Shown here one piece after another: positions 18,802-28,163 of a stretch of 64,000 nt of DNA (its first letter is position 1; every line of letters starts with the position of its first letter). Source of the DNA: a virus (taxonomy: Duplodnaviria > Heunggongvirae > Uroviricota > Caudoviricetes); IMG/VR virus record IMGVR_UViG_3300029922_000006; one strand, 5' to 3'. The notes beneath the pieces are model-generated. The model was not told where the DNA came from and ran no database searches. It saw only the letters and a list, made by a program, of their open reading frames with translations. The translations under genes were made by a program, and so were the position numbers.

Positions 18802-19291
18802 TATATTTCTCCTCCATAGCTGTTAGTAGCGCGATTGCATTGTCCACGTGTGCTTTGCTACCGATATCGGCACGCATGTCGTCGTCTGAGAACGAACGCA
18901 AGTATTTATACACAAGTACCAGAGTATCGTTGAACTCTGTTGTGTTTGGCATACCTCTGTAGGTCCAGCGGTATAGTTTAGATTGACGCGGGTTCTTCAT
19001 TCCAATGTTCTTCTCAATGAACCGACCGATAGAAGATCGGACGACTTCCATGGCCTCTTGAGCGATTTTGTCGGCATCTACGAGAAATTCTTTCGTGCCC
19101 AGATCGAATACCTCTGCGAAACGGTCCGTGACTATCTCATTGATTACATTGCCTTCTTCGGCAACCGGACGCCACGGATGAACAGGTTCATGGACGTTAA
19201 GATCAATACTATCTCCATCCGATGAGAATGTCAATCTAAATACTGGACGAGAACGATCAAATGTTTCTGCAACTTCTAATAACTCTTTCAC
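18788..19291 (-). CDS. hypothetical protein
   Basis: 167-aa ORF in an overlapping chain with its neighbours. Confidence 0.5.
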   Translation of the reverse strand: MKELLEVAETFDRSRPVFRLTFSSDGDSIDLNVHEPVHPWRPVAEEGNVINEIVTDRFAEVFDLGTKEFLVDADKIAQEAMEVVRSSIGRFIEKNIGMKNPRQSKLYRWTYRGMPNTTEFNDTLVLVYKYLRSFSDDDMRADIGSKAHVDNAIALLTAMEEKYSEQR

Positions 19292-20025
19292 TTAATCTCC
19301 TCCATAGAATAGATTGGGTCACCTTTGTGAGTCATAACTTTAAGGCGGCAGAAGTTTGCATAGGCACGTGCGTCTCCGTCTTGGATGTAACCGCGGATCC
19401 AGCTACCCACTTTATTTGCTAACTCTGTATCCTTGATCTTCCACTCATTGTCTTTGAAGAGTTGTTTCAGACGGCGAGATAAATATGTGCGCTTCTTATA
19501 TGTAGAGCGAGTCTTCATTCCGTCTTTACAGTTGCCGAGCAACTCCATGATGTCGTTGCAGCGGTTAATGCTGTCAGTATATAGGCTCATGTTGGAGACC
19601 ATGTCGCATCCCTCTTTCCCCAGCAGACCCTCGAGCACCTTCTCGTCCATAGTTGTTGCCAACTTAACGAGTGTGATCTTACCGCCACGGATCTCTTTTT
19701 TCTCGAAATCCAACTCAATTCCTTCGCCGTAAGTTTCTATTTCGAAATTGAATAGGTTGGTTATCGCAGAACGATTGCTATAGCTCATGTAGATCTTAGC
19801 TTCGTGTGCGAGAATGTTAACTACACGGTCAACAGTAAGATTGAGGCTGCATGAGCTTTCCAGGAACTTACAAAAGAGATCGAATGTAATCTCTACTTGA
19901 TCTGGTAAAGCAGCTAGAACATCGTTAAGCTGCGAATCCATTGGCTCGGTCGCTTGCGAGATCCAATCTAACTCTTCGAACTTCTTATCGTCAAATACAC
20001 CCATATAAGTTCTCCCTACAATCAA
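19288..20025 (-). CDS. hypothetical protein
   Basis: 245-aa ORF. Confidence 0.5.
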   Translation of the reverse strand: MIVGRTYMGVFDDKKFEELDWISQATEPMDSQLNDVLAALPDQVEITFDLFCKFLESSCSLNLTVDRVVNILAHEAKIYMSYSNRSAITNLFNFEIETYGEGIELDFEKKEIRGGKITLVKLATTMDEKVLEGLLGKEGCDMVSNMSLYTDSINRCNDIMELLGNCKDGMKTRSTYKKRTYLSRRLKQLFKDNEWKIKDTELANKVGSWIRGYIQDGDARAYANFCRLKVMTHKGDPIYSMEEIK

Positions 20026-20039
20026 TTATTGGATCGGAT

Positions 20040-20222
20040 TTACTTACAGTAGTTGGGATCGTCCGTGTATTCTGCTGCACCCCAAGTTTTAGAGGAGATG
20101 CAACCTAGATCAAATAGAAACTCGACGAGTAGCATAAACGCTGCCTCGTCGAGTGCTTCTTCATACTGAACGCCGTCATCTTCGGCGTACCCGGGAGGGT
20201 ATCTATCACTTAGTTGGGACAT
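20040..20222 (-). CDS. small acidic hypothetical protein (start uncertain)
   Basis: C-terminal 60 aa (MSQLSDRYPPGYAEDDGVQYEE...) of the 122-aa track ORF; the longer form overlaps 20206..20493 extensively. Confidence 0.3.
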   Translation of the reverse strand: MSQLSDRYPPGYAEDDGVQYEEALDEAAFMLLVEFLFDLGCISSKTWGAAEYTDDPNYCK

Positions 20223-20493
20223 TGAAGCCAGCCGCTTCAGCGGCTTTAATGGATAGATCGCCGCGCGCCTCGTCTGTGCGACGAGTGCGAACGTAAGAGA
20301 TATGGTCGAAGGTAACAAACTTGCCGTCAGGAACGACGATCTTGTAAACTGTTCCTTCTTCGTCTTGGAAGAATCCGTCAATGCCAACTTCAGCTTTGAC
20401 TTCTTCAATAGCCAACTTTAAGTTCTCATAGAACTTCTTAACTTCAGCCTTTTGTTTCTCAAGAGCAACGAACTTCTTTTGTGCTTCGGTCAT
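20206..20493 (-). CDS. hypothetical protein
   Basis: 95 aa with balanced composition (MTEAQKKFVALEKQKAEVKK...). Confidence 0.5.
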   Translation of the reverse strand: MTEAQKKFVALEKQKAEVKKFYENLKLAIEEVKAEVGIDGFFQDEEGTVYKIVVPDGKFVTFDHISYVRTRRTDEARGDLSIKAAEAAGFNVPTK

Positions 20494-20510
20494 AGTGCCT
20501 CCACTAAATG

Positions 20511-20993
20511 TTACTTACGCAAACGTTTTACTTTCTTAATCGGCAGGCGCTTCTTCTTGGCCTTGCCGACCGAAGTAGCTTTCAACTGAACTGCCTTAAT
20601 GTCTTCTTCCCAGCAGTCTTCGTCTTTTTCTTGCTTCTCAACAAGTTCTTCCATGTTAACGCCAGCGAGCATACGCTCGAGTGCTGTATCCAGATACAAC
20701 TGATCGGGCATTTGTTCACGAATCTGTTGAATCAGATTTGCAAAGACTTTGTGTGCGCTAGCCGCGCCACGGATAATAACTGAGCATTCTTTTTGTTCAG
20801 GCTCACGTCCATTTGACGAGTTAGCCTGAGTCTGCTCAGGGATATAGATAACAGTGATCTGGAAGTACTTATCAACGACGGTGCGATAGCGACCGCTAGT
20901 CGAACGTACTTCATGGTGTTGAACTTGTTCATCCATAGTGATATGGCTGATCTTGTGGGCCAGGATATATTGGTTCTGAGTAACGATTACCAT
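20511..20993 (-). CDS. hypothetical protein with basic C-terminal tail
   Basis: 160 aa ending KAKKKRLPIKKVKRLRK. Confidence 0.5.
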   Translation of the reverse strand: MVIVTQNQYILAHKISHITMDEQVQHHEVRSTSGRYRTVVDKYFQITVIYIPEQTQANSSNGREPEQKECSVIIRGAASAHKVFANLIQQIREQMPDQLYLDTALERMLAGVNMEELVEKQEKDEDCWEEDIKAVQLKATSVGKAKKKRLPIKKVKRLRK

Positions 20994-21323
20994 TTACTTA
21001 CCTTTCAAGACTACATCTTCGAATGCAGTATCGATATATTTATCGTCATACTTTTGTACCTGAGCGATCACAGACTTTGCAAGCTTGGCGAGTGTAGCGT
21101 GATCACTGTGGCTACATTTCCATAGCCGAGCCCCGCGATCCTCAGTAGTCCTATACTTAATTTGTAATTCGTAGTAAGGCTTTTCTATAGTCTTGTACTG
21201 AGGAAATAAGCCAAGAAAGTCAGAAGTCTTTAGGACCTTTTCTTTCTCTGTAGCTGTAATGATCATGCAAGATTGCATCTTGTCCATCTGGAGCATGGTG
21301 GTCTCGTTGATGACAATTGTCAT
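20994..21323 (-). CDS. hypothetical protein
   Basis: 109-aa ORF adjacent to the downstream stop. Confidence 0.5.
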   Translation of the reverse strand: MTIVINETTMLQMDKMQSCMIITATEKEKVLKTSDFLGLFPQYKTIEKPYYELQIKYRTTEDRGARLWKCSHSDHATLAKLAKSVIAQVQKYDDKYIDTAFEDVVLKGK

Positions 21324-21332
21324 GCTTACTCC

Positions 21333-21854
21333 TTAGTGAGTGGTTCCGCTACCGTCGTCTTTGCCACCCTTATGAACAGTAAACTTACCCACGACGCTAG
21401 ATTTAGAAGGCGGAGTAGGTACTGAAGGCTTAGGTGCAACAAGTACCATTTCAGCCATGAAGTCAGACAGGAACATCTCAGTGACTACGCCAGCTGGATC
21501 CATAGTGGTAATCTTAGGATCATGTCCGTCTGCAAGAATGCTTTTGAGAAGATCGCTCTTCTCTTGTTCGATCTCTTTTATCGCAGAATTAAGAGAGTTC
21601 TTGTATTTACCGTCAAGACCGTTCTTCTGCGGTTGATCCAGTTGACCGATAAGGTCTAACTGCTCATTGGTCAAATCTTTGACACGCTTCATTCGTTTCT
21701 CGATCTCAGAGCGAGTAACTTTCTTTGGCTCAGCTGGCTTACCGCTCTTATTTTTAACTGGGCGACTGCCGATATACATGATGGCCGCAACTACGCCAGC
21801 TGCACCAGTTAATAATCCAAGGAAATAGAAAGTTAATGCAGTCACCATAGTCAT
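21333..21854 (-). CDS. membrane-anchored coiled-coil protein
   Basis: N-terminal TM helix (ALTFYFLGLLTGAAGVVAAIMYIG) followed by a charged coiled coil. Confidence 0.5.
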   Translation of the reverse strand: MTMVTALTFYFLGLLTGAAGVVAAIMYIGSRPVKNKSGKPAEPKKVTRSEIEKRMKRVKDLTNEQLDLIGQLDQPQKNGLDGKYKNSLNSAIKEIEQEKSDLLKSILADGHDPKITTMDPAGVVTEMFLSDFMAEMVLVAPKPSVPTPPSKSSVVGKFTVHKGGKDDGSGTTH

Positions 21855-22354
21855 TTGCTTCTCCCGCGCAATTTTAGATACTTCTTATGCTTGCTGACAA
21901 CTAGGTTCTTCTTCACCGGTCCCAGTTGGTCGATGTATAGTTTACCGTTGAGGTGATCGACCTCGTGTTGAACCGCTGCAGCCGTAAACCCTTTATACTC
22001 CTGCGTTTGCTCTTCAAAGTTCTCATCAAGATACTTGAGTGTGAGGACTTGAGCTCGCTCTGTATCAGAGAAGGTTCCAGGAATAGATAGGCAACCTTCT
22101 TGGAATGGAAGCATCTCACCTATCGCAGTTATCTCAGGGTTGATATAGAGTTTAGATTCATCAGTCTCTAAGTTCTTCAAGATAAAGAATCGCTTAGAGA
22201 TGCCTACTTGATTTGCTGCAAGACCTGCGCCTTCAGCCTCATTCATTGTGGTGATCATTTCTGGGACTAGGGACTTAACGTAATCTAACTCTTCACGAGT
22301 AACAGGCTCTGTGACCTTGCGTAGAACAGGGTCAGTCATCATTGCTATCTTCAT
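21851..22354 (-). CDS. def: peptide deformylase
   Basis: Motifs GAGLAANQVG, EGCLSIPG and QHEVDHLNG. Start set at the internal MKIAMMTDP, which has an AGGAGG RBS 6 nt upstream; the track ORF extends further upstream. Confidence 0.8.
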   Translation of the reverse strand: MKIAMMTDPVLRKVTEPVTREELDYVKSLVPEMITTMNEAEGAGLAANQVGISKRFFILKNLETDESKLYINPEITAIGEMLPFQEGCLSIPGTFSDTERAQVLTLKYLDENFEEQTQEYKGFTAAAVQHEVDHLNGKLYIDQLGPVKKNLVVSKHKKYLKLRGRSK

Positions 22355-22589
22355 CGCAAGCCTCCTGTTTATGTTTATCATCAGGCAGGGCAGGACCATA
22401 GTAGAAGATCGGGCTTCCACCAGCAATATACTTCTCCTGAGCTCCAGGAAGATGGATCTCCATGTATCCGCGGACAATGTTAAGAACTTCACCCCACTGT
22501 AAATCGTGGTCGCAGCACATCTCCATGATGATGTCTTCAAGGTCTAGGGTGATGTCACCCATTGGACGAAGCTTCTTTTTCTTGGGCAT
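22332..22589 (-). CDS. hypothetical acidic protein
   Basis: 85-aa ORF; overlaps the def start by 22 nt. Confidence 0.4.
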   Translation of the reverse strand: MPKKKKLRPMGDITLDLEDIIMEMCCDHDLQWGEVLNIVRGYMEIHLPGAQEKYIAGGSPIFYYGPALPDDKHKQEACDEDSNDD

Positions 22590-22807
22590 TAGACCCTCAC
22601 GTAGCTGCTATCTTCAGAGATAACTTCGCCATCTTGCAACAGCTTAACAGTTACACGAAGACGATCTGAGCCGTGCTCTTTAACCTTCTCTAGGTTAACA
22701 GAGACTGAGAGTCCAGATTTTGGGGATGTAGGGATATTTTCTTGCTCTGCAGCTTGTGCGGGAGCAACGGATTCTTTCTTGCTTTTCTTTGCCATGCTTT
22801 TCTCCAA
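22589..22807 (-). CDS. hypothetical protein
   Basis: 72-aa ORF. Confidence 0.4.
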   Translation of the reverse strand: MEKSMAKKSKKESVAPAQAAEQENIPTSPKSGLSVSVNLEKVKEHGSDRLRVTVKLLQDGEVISEDSSYVRV

Positions 22808-22822
22808 TATAGAAACTTATAC

Positions 22823-23197
22823 TTATTTCTTTAACAAAGCGTCCTCGAAAGCCTCATTGACTCTATTAGGAAAAGCCTTCATGATGGCCTCATTCTGTTT
22901 TCGTTCTATTGTGATCGCTTCAGCGTTGTCTATTAAGTAGCGAATAGCATTTCTTAATCTTTTGATTTTTCGGTGTTTCCACGGGAAGATGGAGGTGTGA
23001 AAGTTGTCGCCACTAAGGTTAGCTATTTCCATAGCAATGGAGTTACGCTCAAAGTCTATCTTCACGTCATAGTAAGAACCTTTGCGGACCTTATATTCGC
23101 GATATCCTCCGTAGAAACCTAAGTTATCTGCTCCTTTAGCTAAGTCAGATAACACTTCACCTAGAACAATAATGATTTTATCTTCTGCCCACACCAT
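22823..23197 (-). CDS. hypothetical protein
   Basis: 124-aa ORF. Confidence 0.5.
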   Translation of the reverse strand: MVWAEDKIIIVLGEVLSDLAKGADNLGFYGGYREYKVRKGSYYDVKIDFERNSIAMEIANLSGDNFHTSIFPWKHRKIKRLRNAIRYLIDNAEAITIERKQNEAIMKAFPNRVNEAFEDALLKK

Positions 23198-23229
23198 GGA
23201 ACCTCTCTTAAAATGAGATTATACTTGTG

Positions 23230-23303
23230 TGGCAAACCGCCCAGGAATCGAACCCGGTCTAAGAGGTTTGGAATCTCTTGTGCTACCGTTACACCAGCGG
23301 AAT
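23230..23303 (-). tRNA. tRNA-Trp(CCA)-like
   Basis: Hand-folded: T arm CCGGG-TTCGATT-CCTGG, anticodon loop TTCCAAA (anticodon CCA), D loop with GG, encoded 3' CCA. Acceptor stem has two U-U mismatches (ATTCCGC / GCGGTTT). Confidence 0.5.
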
Positions 23304-23507
23304 GTGGTTATCTTTCTCTTCAACAATGTTAAATACTTCATCGACCATAATCATCTTAGTTCCTCAAGAGCTATGCGCATGTCGGTTTCACGAGTGCGCA
23401 CGTTGAGTTTATATAGTAAGCGCAATAGTTGAATTTTGATGCGATTCTGCTTCTCGTAAGCTCGCTTCTCTTTCCAGTAGTCAGACATTGCATCGCTCAT
23501 GGGGTGT

Positions 23508-24071
23508 TTATACTTTCTTGTATCCCGGAAGTTTCTTGCCTTTTACACGGCAGAGTTTGAGTGCCTTTTCGATGCTGGCACTAGAGAATGGATTAGCGAC
23601 GGATTTCATGTTCTTCCTGAGCATCTGTGCCCAGTAGAACTCTGCGAAAGGAATAGTAGACTTGTCGAAGCCACCCAACTCACGTACCATCCAAGCGAGT
23701 GAACGGTAAGGGTTATCAGACATACAGCGGATGTCAGCAGGCAGATCATACGGACTATGGGGACCTTTACCGAAGGCGTCATATAAGAAGACATACTTCA
23801 TCTTCTTCATCTTTGCCCAGAATTTCTTCTTGCCCATCTTAGAGTAGTCGGCTTTTACTTCAACCACTACATGACGGTGGCCACATTCCCACATAGCTCT
23901 AACATAGTGATGGTGGTCGATTAGATACATCAATCCACCAGGTCCTACGATGACTGGAACTTTCTTCTCAGAGTTATGTTCTCCGCGTTTTACCTTGGCG
24001 ATCTTGTCATCAACATCTTTGAATCCTAGAGAGAACTGGGTAGGTTTTAGATCTAGAAGTAGTTTCTTCAT
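23508..24071 (-). CDS. ParB/sulfiredoxin-like nuclease domain protein
   Basis: LDLKPTQFSLG motif typical of ParB N-terminal domains; basic C-terminus. Confidence 0.45.
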   Translation of the reverse strand: MKKLLLDLKPTQFSLGFKDVDDKIAKVKRGEHNSEKKVPVIVGPGGLMYLIDHHHYVRAMWECGHRHVVVEVKADYSKMGKKKFWAKMKKMKYVFLYDAFGKGPHSPYDLPADIRCMSDNPYRSLAWMVRELGGFDKSTIPFAEFYWAQMLRKNMKSVANPFSSASIEKALKLCRVKGKKLPGYKKV

Positions 24072-24331
24072 TACCAGCCTCTTTCGTATGCAAGACCACT
24101 TGCTGTTCTGATGTTAAGCTTGCGAAGCAGTGTCAACACTTTCATTTGATGGTATTCGTCCATAGAACCGACATAGCCTGGGCGCTCACCGTAGTAAGAC
24201 CACCAACTATGATCTTCGTCATCCCAGTAATAGGGATACCAACAATCAGTCTCCTGCTCTACAATCTGTAGCCAGTACTCATTGTGCTCTGATCTATTGT
24301 ATTTATCTGTTCGATCACTGCGCCAGCTCAT
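24071..24331 (-). CDS. hypothetical Trp/Tyr-rich protein
   Basis: 86-aa ORF; start/stop overlap. Confidence 0.4.
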   Translation of the reverse strand: MSWRSDRTDKYNRSEHNEYWLQIVEQETDCWYPYYWDDEDHSWWSYYGERPGYVGSMDEYHQMKVLTLLRKLNIRTASGLAYERGW

Positions 24332-24340
24332 CTAAGCATT

Positions 24341-24374
24341 ATACAGTGAGAAAGGCCCCGGCTTGGAACCGGGG
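24341..24374 (-). terminator. rho-independent terminator (minus strand)
   Basis: GGCCCCGG-cttggaa-CCGGGGTC hairpin followed on the minus strand by TTTCTCACTGTAT, just downstream of the ORF ending at 24383. Confidence 0.45.
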
Positions 24375-24382
24375 TCGGGAAC

Positions 24383-24616
24383 TTAGTACTTGAATACGTA
24401 GAACTCGTTATCGCTTGCTGCTGTCTTTTTAACGGCATACTGTGTGATCATGGGGGCTTCAGCTGTAATGTGAATGCTGTACCCTTCCTTTGCAACGATC
24501 TCAATATCAACAAGATCTGCTTTAGCTAGGTTCTCAACCAAGGGCACCGGCAAACAGACAGTGCGGGTTGCCAGATAACGAGAGCTTGAACGGGTCTTAT
24601 ATACGATGGTCGCCAT
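24383..24616 (-). CDS. hypothetical protein
   Basis: 77-aa ORF immediately downstream of nadV. Confidence 0.4.
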   Translation of the reverse strand: MATIVYKTRSSSRYLATRTVCLPVPLVENLAKADLVDIEIVAKEGYSIHITAEAPMITQYAVKKTAASDNEFYVFKY

Positions 24617-24617
24617 A

Positions 24618-26045
24618 TTACACCTTTACAGGATAAGCACGAGCACGCACTTGATCCAGAGTTGATTGGTTAGTCAACACACCGTTCAAGAAGACCTGCT
24701 CAAGCAGTCCACCTTTTTCGTCAGCAGCAGATACTTGATCTGTTGTGACGTAACGACCGTTGATGAAATCAAGACGCATTCTACCCTTGTGCGATTTCTT
24801 GCCCGAGTCAGTAATAGGGTCCTTAACGATGTCGCGCTCTTCTCCATTAACTTCTACGTAAGTGGTCTTAACAGCGAAGCCTTGGTCGTCACGGCTGTGC
24901 GATTGCAACAGCAATCCACCAACACCGATAACGAGATTAGAAGACGCAAATCCCATGCCCTTTAGACGCGCGAGGATGCACTCGTAACGGTCAAAATACA
25001 TTCCGTCGCCGTAGATCAGGCCTACTTTAGGATTCAATTCTTGGAAGCCTAATGCGTTCGTTGTCGTACCGAACTGGCGAGCCAACAGACGCATAGCACC
25101 GAGGTTCTCAGCAGAACCAGCAGGAGCAGACGGGTTTCCACAGATGATGAGCTCTGGGTCACCAGAGTCCGGGCGGAATACCACTTTGCCGTCACGAGCC
25201 ATGATGCGCTTGTAAAGTACCTGAGTGAAGTTCTCAAGAACATTCCACAGGTTATAGGTATCAGACACGATAGAGACGATGCCGGTAGGGTAAGTGTTGA
25301 GCATGTGCTCAAACGCCTTCAACTCATGTTCCTGACCGTACGAACACATAACTGAGTGCTCAGATGCAGGGACAGAAGCACCGATAAGGCCAGTCGCAGC
25401 GTAGTTCTCCATCAAGAACTTAACAGCCGGAACGGTATCTGTTCCACGGAAGTTGATCAAGTGAGCAGCACCAGAGATAGCCGCAGTCTCCTCAGACGAG
25501 CAACCACGGTATCCGAAGTCATGGACAGCCCAATCGCAGTGGAGACGGTTGCCTACAGTTTCATCCGCGTATGTGTCTACAAGGTTACGCAACTTCATAG
25601 AGTACGAACCAACAGTTGTCGGGTTCCATACTTTAAGAACGAGCGACTCAAAGAAGCCAACTGTCCAAGCGAAGTCAGGATGAGTATTGGTCATCGTGAG
25701 AAGAACGTTCTTAACGGGCAGAACAGTTCCTTCTGGAACAGCTTTGATCTCCAAGGGGATATAACCAAGGTCTGCCAATGCGTGCATCTTTTCAAAGATG
25801 TGGCGCGGGGTAGGTCCGAGAATCGATTCACGTACCTGCAAGAACTCGTTCACCATTGGGTGAGTGATCTTCTGTGCCAAGTAGTTCTTCAAGATAGGCT
25901 GAAGCCCATTGAAGAGCGTGAACGGAATCTTCTTGTCGGAGCGAGCAACGAGATAGGCGTAGGCCTTAGTGATCCCCTCTGGGAACTGCTCCATGTGCCC
26001 CATCTTATATACGTCAGTGCAAAGTAATACGTTATCGTTAATCAT
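24618..26045 (-). CDS. nadV: nicotinamide phosphoribosyltransferase
   Basis: LCTDVYKMGHMEQFP; IEIKAVPEG (identical to human NAMPT); LHDFGYRGCSSEETAAISGAAHLINFRGTDTV. Confidence 0.9.
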   Translation of the reverse strand: MINDNVLLCTDVYKMGHMEQFPEGITKAYAYLVARSDKKIPFTLFNGLQPILKNYLAQKITHPMVNEFLQVRESILGPTPRHIFEKMHALADLGYIPLEIKAVPEGTVLPVKNVLLTMTNTHPDFAWTVGFFESLVLKVWNPTTVGSYSMKLRNLVDTYADETVGNRLHCDWAVHDFGYRGCSSEETAAISGAAHLINFRGTDTVPAVKFLMENYAATGLIGASVPASEHSVMCSYGQEHELKAFEHMLNTYPTGIVSIVSDTYNLWNVLENFTQVLYKRIMARDGKVVFRPDSGDPELIICGNPSAPAGSAENLGAMRLLARQFGTTTNALGFQELNPKVGLIYGDGMYFDRYECILARLKGMGFASSNLVIGVGGLLLQSHSRDDQGFAVKTTYVEVNGEERDIVKDPITDSGKKSHKGRMRLDFINGRYVTTDQVSAADEKGGLLEQVFLNGVLTNQSTLDQVRARAYPVKV

Positions 26046-26053
26046 GTTTCTCC

Positions 26054-26296
26054 TTAAAAGTTAAATGTAGCTGTTACGTAGAAGCGGACTTCGCCCTCGT
26101 CTTCTTCTACTGAGTAGTCGAACGTTGTACCATCATCAAAATGTTCTGCGAGAGCATCAACCTTAGCCTGCGCAAGAGTGTGCTCCACAGACATATCAAC
26201 CCCTGGGATCTTCTTCACAACGTGAATTGGTTTCTTCTTCTTAGGGTCGATGGTATCGCTCACGCTTCCACCATATCTGGATCGCAGACGATCCAA
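26054..26296 (-). CDS. hypothetical acidic protein
   Basis: 80-aa ORF. Confidence 0.4.
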   Translation of the reverse strand: MDRLRSRYGGSVSDTIDPKKKKPIHVVKKIPGVDMSVEHTLAQAKVDALAEHFDDGTTFDYSVEEDEGEVRFYVTATFNF

Positions 26297-26769
26297 TTGA
26301 TTCTTGGATAATCTTTTAAGAGGATTTCAAGGATAAGTTCTGAGTCTTTCCAAGGTACAGCGAACAGACCAGAGTTAAACTTATTAGAGTAGACGTCGAT
26401 CTGTGGGTACGTGTCGCTTGGGTGGGCGAGATAGATCTTACGTAAGAGATCACGGAGAGCTAGAGTTGTATTGATCTTGATCTCTTCTACGCCGTCTTTC
26501 TTAGGTCCGTAGTCATGAGATGTAACGATCCAGCCGACCCAGTGAGCTTCGGATTCAGGGAACGATGATAGACCAGCAAGACCTACAGCCGTTCCACGCT
26601 GCATGTTAGCAGACTCGCAGAACATCTTGTAGTCGAGAAAGCTCTGAAGATACTTCTCTTTGAAAGGCTTGGCAATGCCAGAACCCCAGACACCCTGCGA
26701 GTTGCAGGCATGAATGATTACACTCTCACGAGGAGCGTCAAAGAGACTCATCTTCTTGTGGGTTACCAT
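26260..26769 (-). CDS. macro-domain protein (TARG1/OARD1-like ADP-ribose processing)
   Basis: VIIHACNSQGVWGSGIAKPFKEKY closely parallels TARG1 [23 protein letters not shown]. Confidence 0.55.
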   Translation of the reverse strand: MVTHKKMSLFDAPRESVIIHACNSQGVWGSGIAKPFKEKYLQSFLDYKMFCESANMQRGTAVGLAGLSSFPESEAHWVGWIVTSHDYGPKKDGVEEIKINTTLALRDLLRKIYLAHPSDTYPQIDVYSNKFNSGLFAVPWKDSELILEILLKDYPRINWIVCDPDMVEA

Positions 26770-27551
26770 ACTTTATATCCTTCCGGGTTCCTGAGCAGAG
26801 AGTTCGTGGTGTGAATATCACGGATCCCTGCATCAAATAATACCTGCTTCCCTTTTGAGAATAGTCCGTGTGAGACTGCTAGGTCGATTGGTCCTGTCTT
26901 ATATTCTTTAAGTGCTTCAGCTACTTTGATGAAGGTCATCCCGCCGTCGCAGATGTCGTCGATGATTAGGACACTCTTGCCGTAGAGATCCTGGTGAGAT
27001 GTATTAACTTTAAGTCCAGTGATCTCGCCCGTCTGCTGGTTGCGAACCTTCTCGCACCAGATGAACTGCTTACCAGTGGTCTTAGCGTAGCGCTCAGCTG
27101 CGCCTTTGTCTGGGTAACATACAAAGTCATAACCGATGGTGTTAAACAGAGTCTGATGAAACTCTTTGGGAGTTGTAGACTCCATTGGAAAGACGAGATC
27201 AGACTTGGAGTGTGGGTCAAAAGCCTCGATGCGCGTGATACCTGCGTTATATAGGATCTCTGTGAATGTCTTGAGCGCGAAGCTCAACTTATTGTTTACT
27301 TCCTTATCTTGACGAGCGTAAGGAAGATAAGGACATACAAGATCAACACTGGTATCGAAAACGTCATAGCATAACTGCGCCACTTGGCATACTTGGATTA
27401 ACTCAGCTTCATTCTCAAACAGCCATAGTATATATGTGACGCTGTTCGGATCCATCTTTGACTCATCAATCTTCCAGACCTGGGAAGTTCCATCTGGAAA
27501 GATGGTTATCGTAAAACTTACTTCTTCGCCGTCGCTGATGAGCTTAATCAT
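26763..27551 (-). CDS. prs: ribose-phosphate pyrophosphokinase (PRPP synthetase)
   Basis: PYLPYARQD (Prs IPYFGYARQD) and LIIDDICDGGMTF (PRPP-binding loop). ATG at 27551 overlaps the upstream TGA (ATGA). Confidence 0.75.
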   Translation of the reverse strand: MIKLISDGEEVSFTITIFPDGTSQVWKIDESKMDPNSVTYILWLFENEAELIQVCQVAQLCYDVFDTSVDLVCPYLPYARQDKEVNNKLSFALKTFTEILYNAGITRIEAFDPHSKSDLVFPMESTTPKEFHQTLFNTIGYDFVCYPDKGAAERYAKTTGKQFIWCEKVRNQQTGEITGLKVNTSHQDLYGKSVLIIDDICDGGMTFIKVAEALKEYKTGPIDLAVSHGLFSKGKQVLFDAGIRDIHTTNSLLRNPEGYKVW

Positions 27552-28048
27552 GTGTTCTCTCCCAGTAAGAAATCTAAGTGGCGCCACATAGCATCGTGCT
27601 CGCCGTCTTTCTTGAGCATCAGCTTGAAGTGCGGATACTCTTTCTTGTACATGTCAAGCTGTTTCGCTTGATCTAGTACAGACCGTTCTACGTTTGCTAT
27701 ACGGTCAGCCAGCTTCAGGGTCGTAGCCTCTCTAGAGGCTTGAATCTTAGGGTAGGTCTTTTCGTGACGCTCTTTGCGGTTCTTACCAGGCTCGTTTGTT
27801 ACTCGGTGAACTAGATCTGCTACATGCCTACCGAATGTAATCTCGATCTGGAACACTGTTGCATCTGTGTCTTCGACTACATCATGCAACCAGGCTGCGA
27901 CCTGAAGGTCCTCGCTATCAAACTTGAAGCGGCGCAAGACTTCAGCTACGGCAGCGAGATGCTCTGTGTAGGGAGAATTCTCCCCGTATTTCTGGTCTTT
28001 GTGCTTTGCTGCTGCAAATGCCGCTGCTGCTTGAATAGCGAGGCTCAT
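27548..28048 (-). CDS. HD-domain phosphohydrolase (SpoT/Mesh1-like alarmone hydrolase)
   Basis: EHLAAVAEVL...AAWLHDVVEDT HD motif, as in RelA/SpoT hydrolase domains. Confidence 0.6.
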   Translation of the reverse strand: MSLAIQAAAAFAAAKHKDQKYGENSPYTEHLAAVAEVLRRFKFDSEDLQVAAWLHDVVEDTDATVFQIEITFGRHVADLVHRVTNEPGKNRKERHEKTYPKIQASREATTLKLADRIANVERSVLDQAKQLDMYKKEYPHFKLMLKKDGEHDAMWRHLDFLLGENT

Positions 28049-28049
28049 A

Positions 28050-28163
28050 TTAGTCTTTCTTCTGTGTTGCCGCTTCTTTAATCAACTTGATACCAACGTA
28101 TAGTACGAGAGAAGCTACGCCAAGGATCAATACTCCGATACCGATATCAACTAATGCGATCAT
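28050..28163 (-). CDS. small single-pass membrane protein
   Basis: 37 aa, MIALVDIGIGVLILGVASLVLYVGIKLIKEAATQKKD; strong AAGGAG RBS; found by my own reading and absent from the ORF track. Confidence 0.4.
   Translation of the reverse strand: MIALVDIGIGVLILGVASLVLYVGIKLIKEAATQKKD

Noticed and set aside
23229-23432. 67-aa plus-strand ORF
   Set aside because: Overlaps the minus-strand tRNA-Trp-like gene; most likely spurious.
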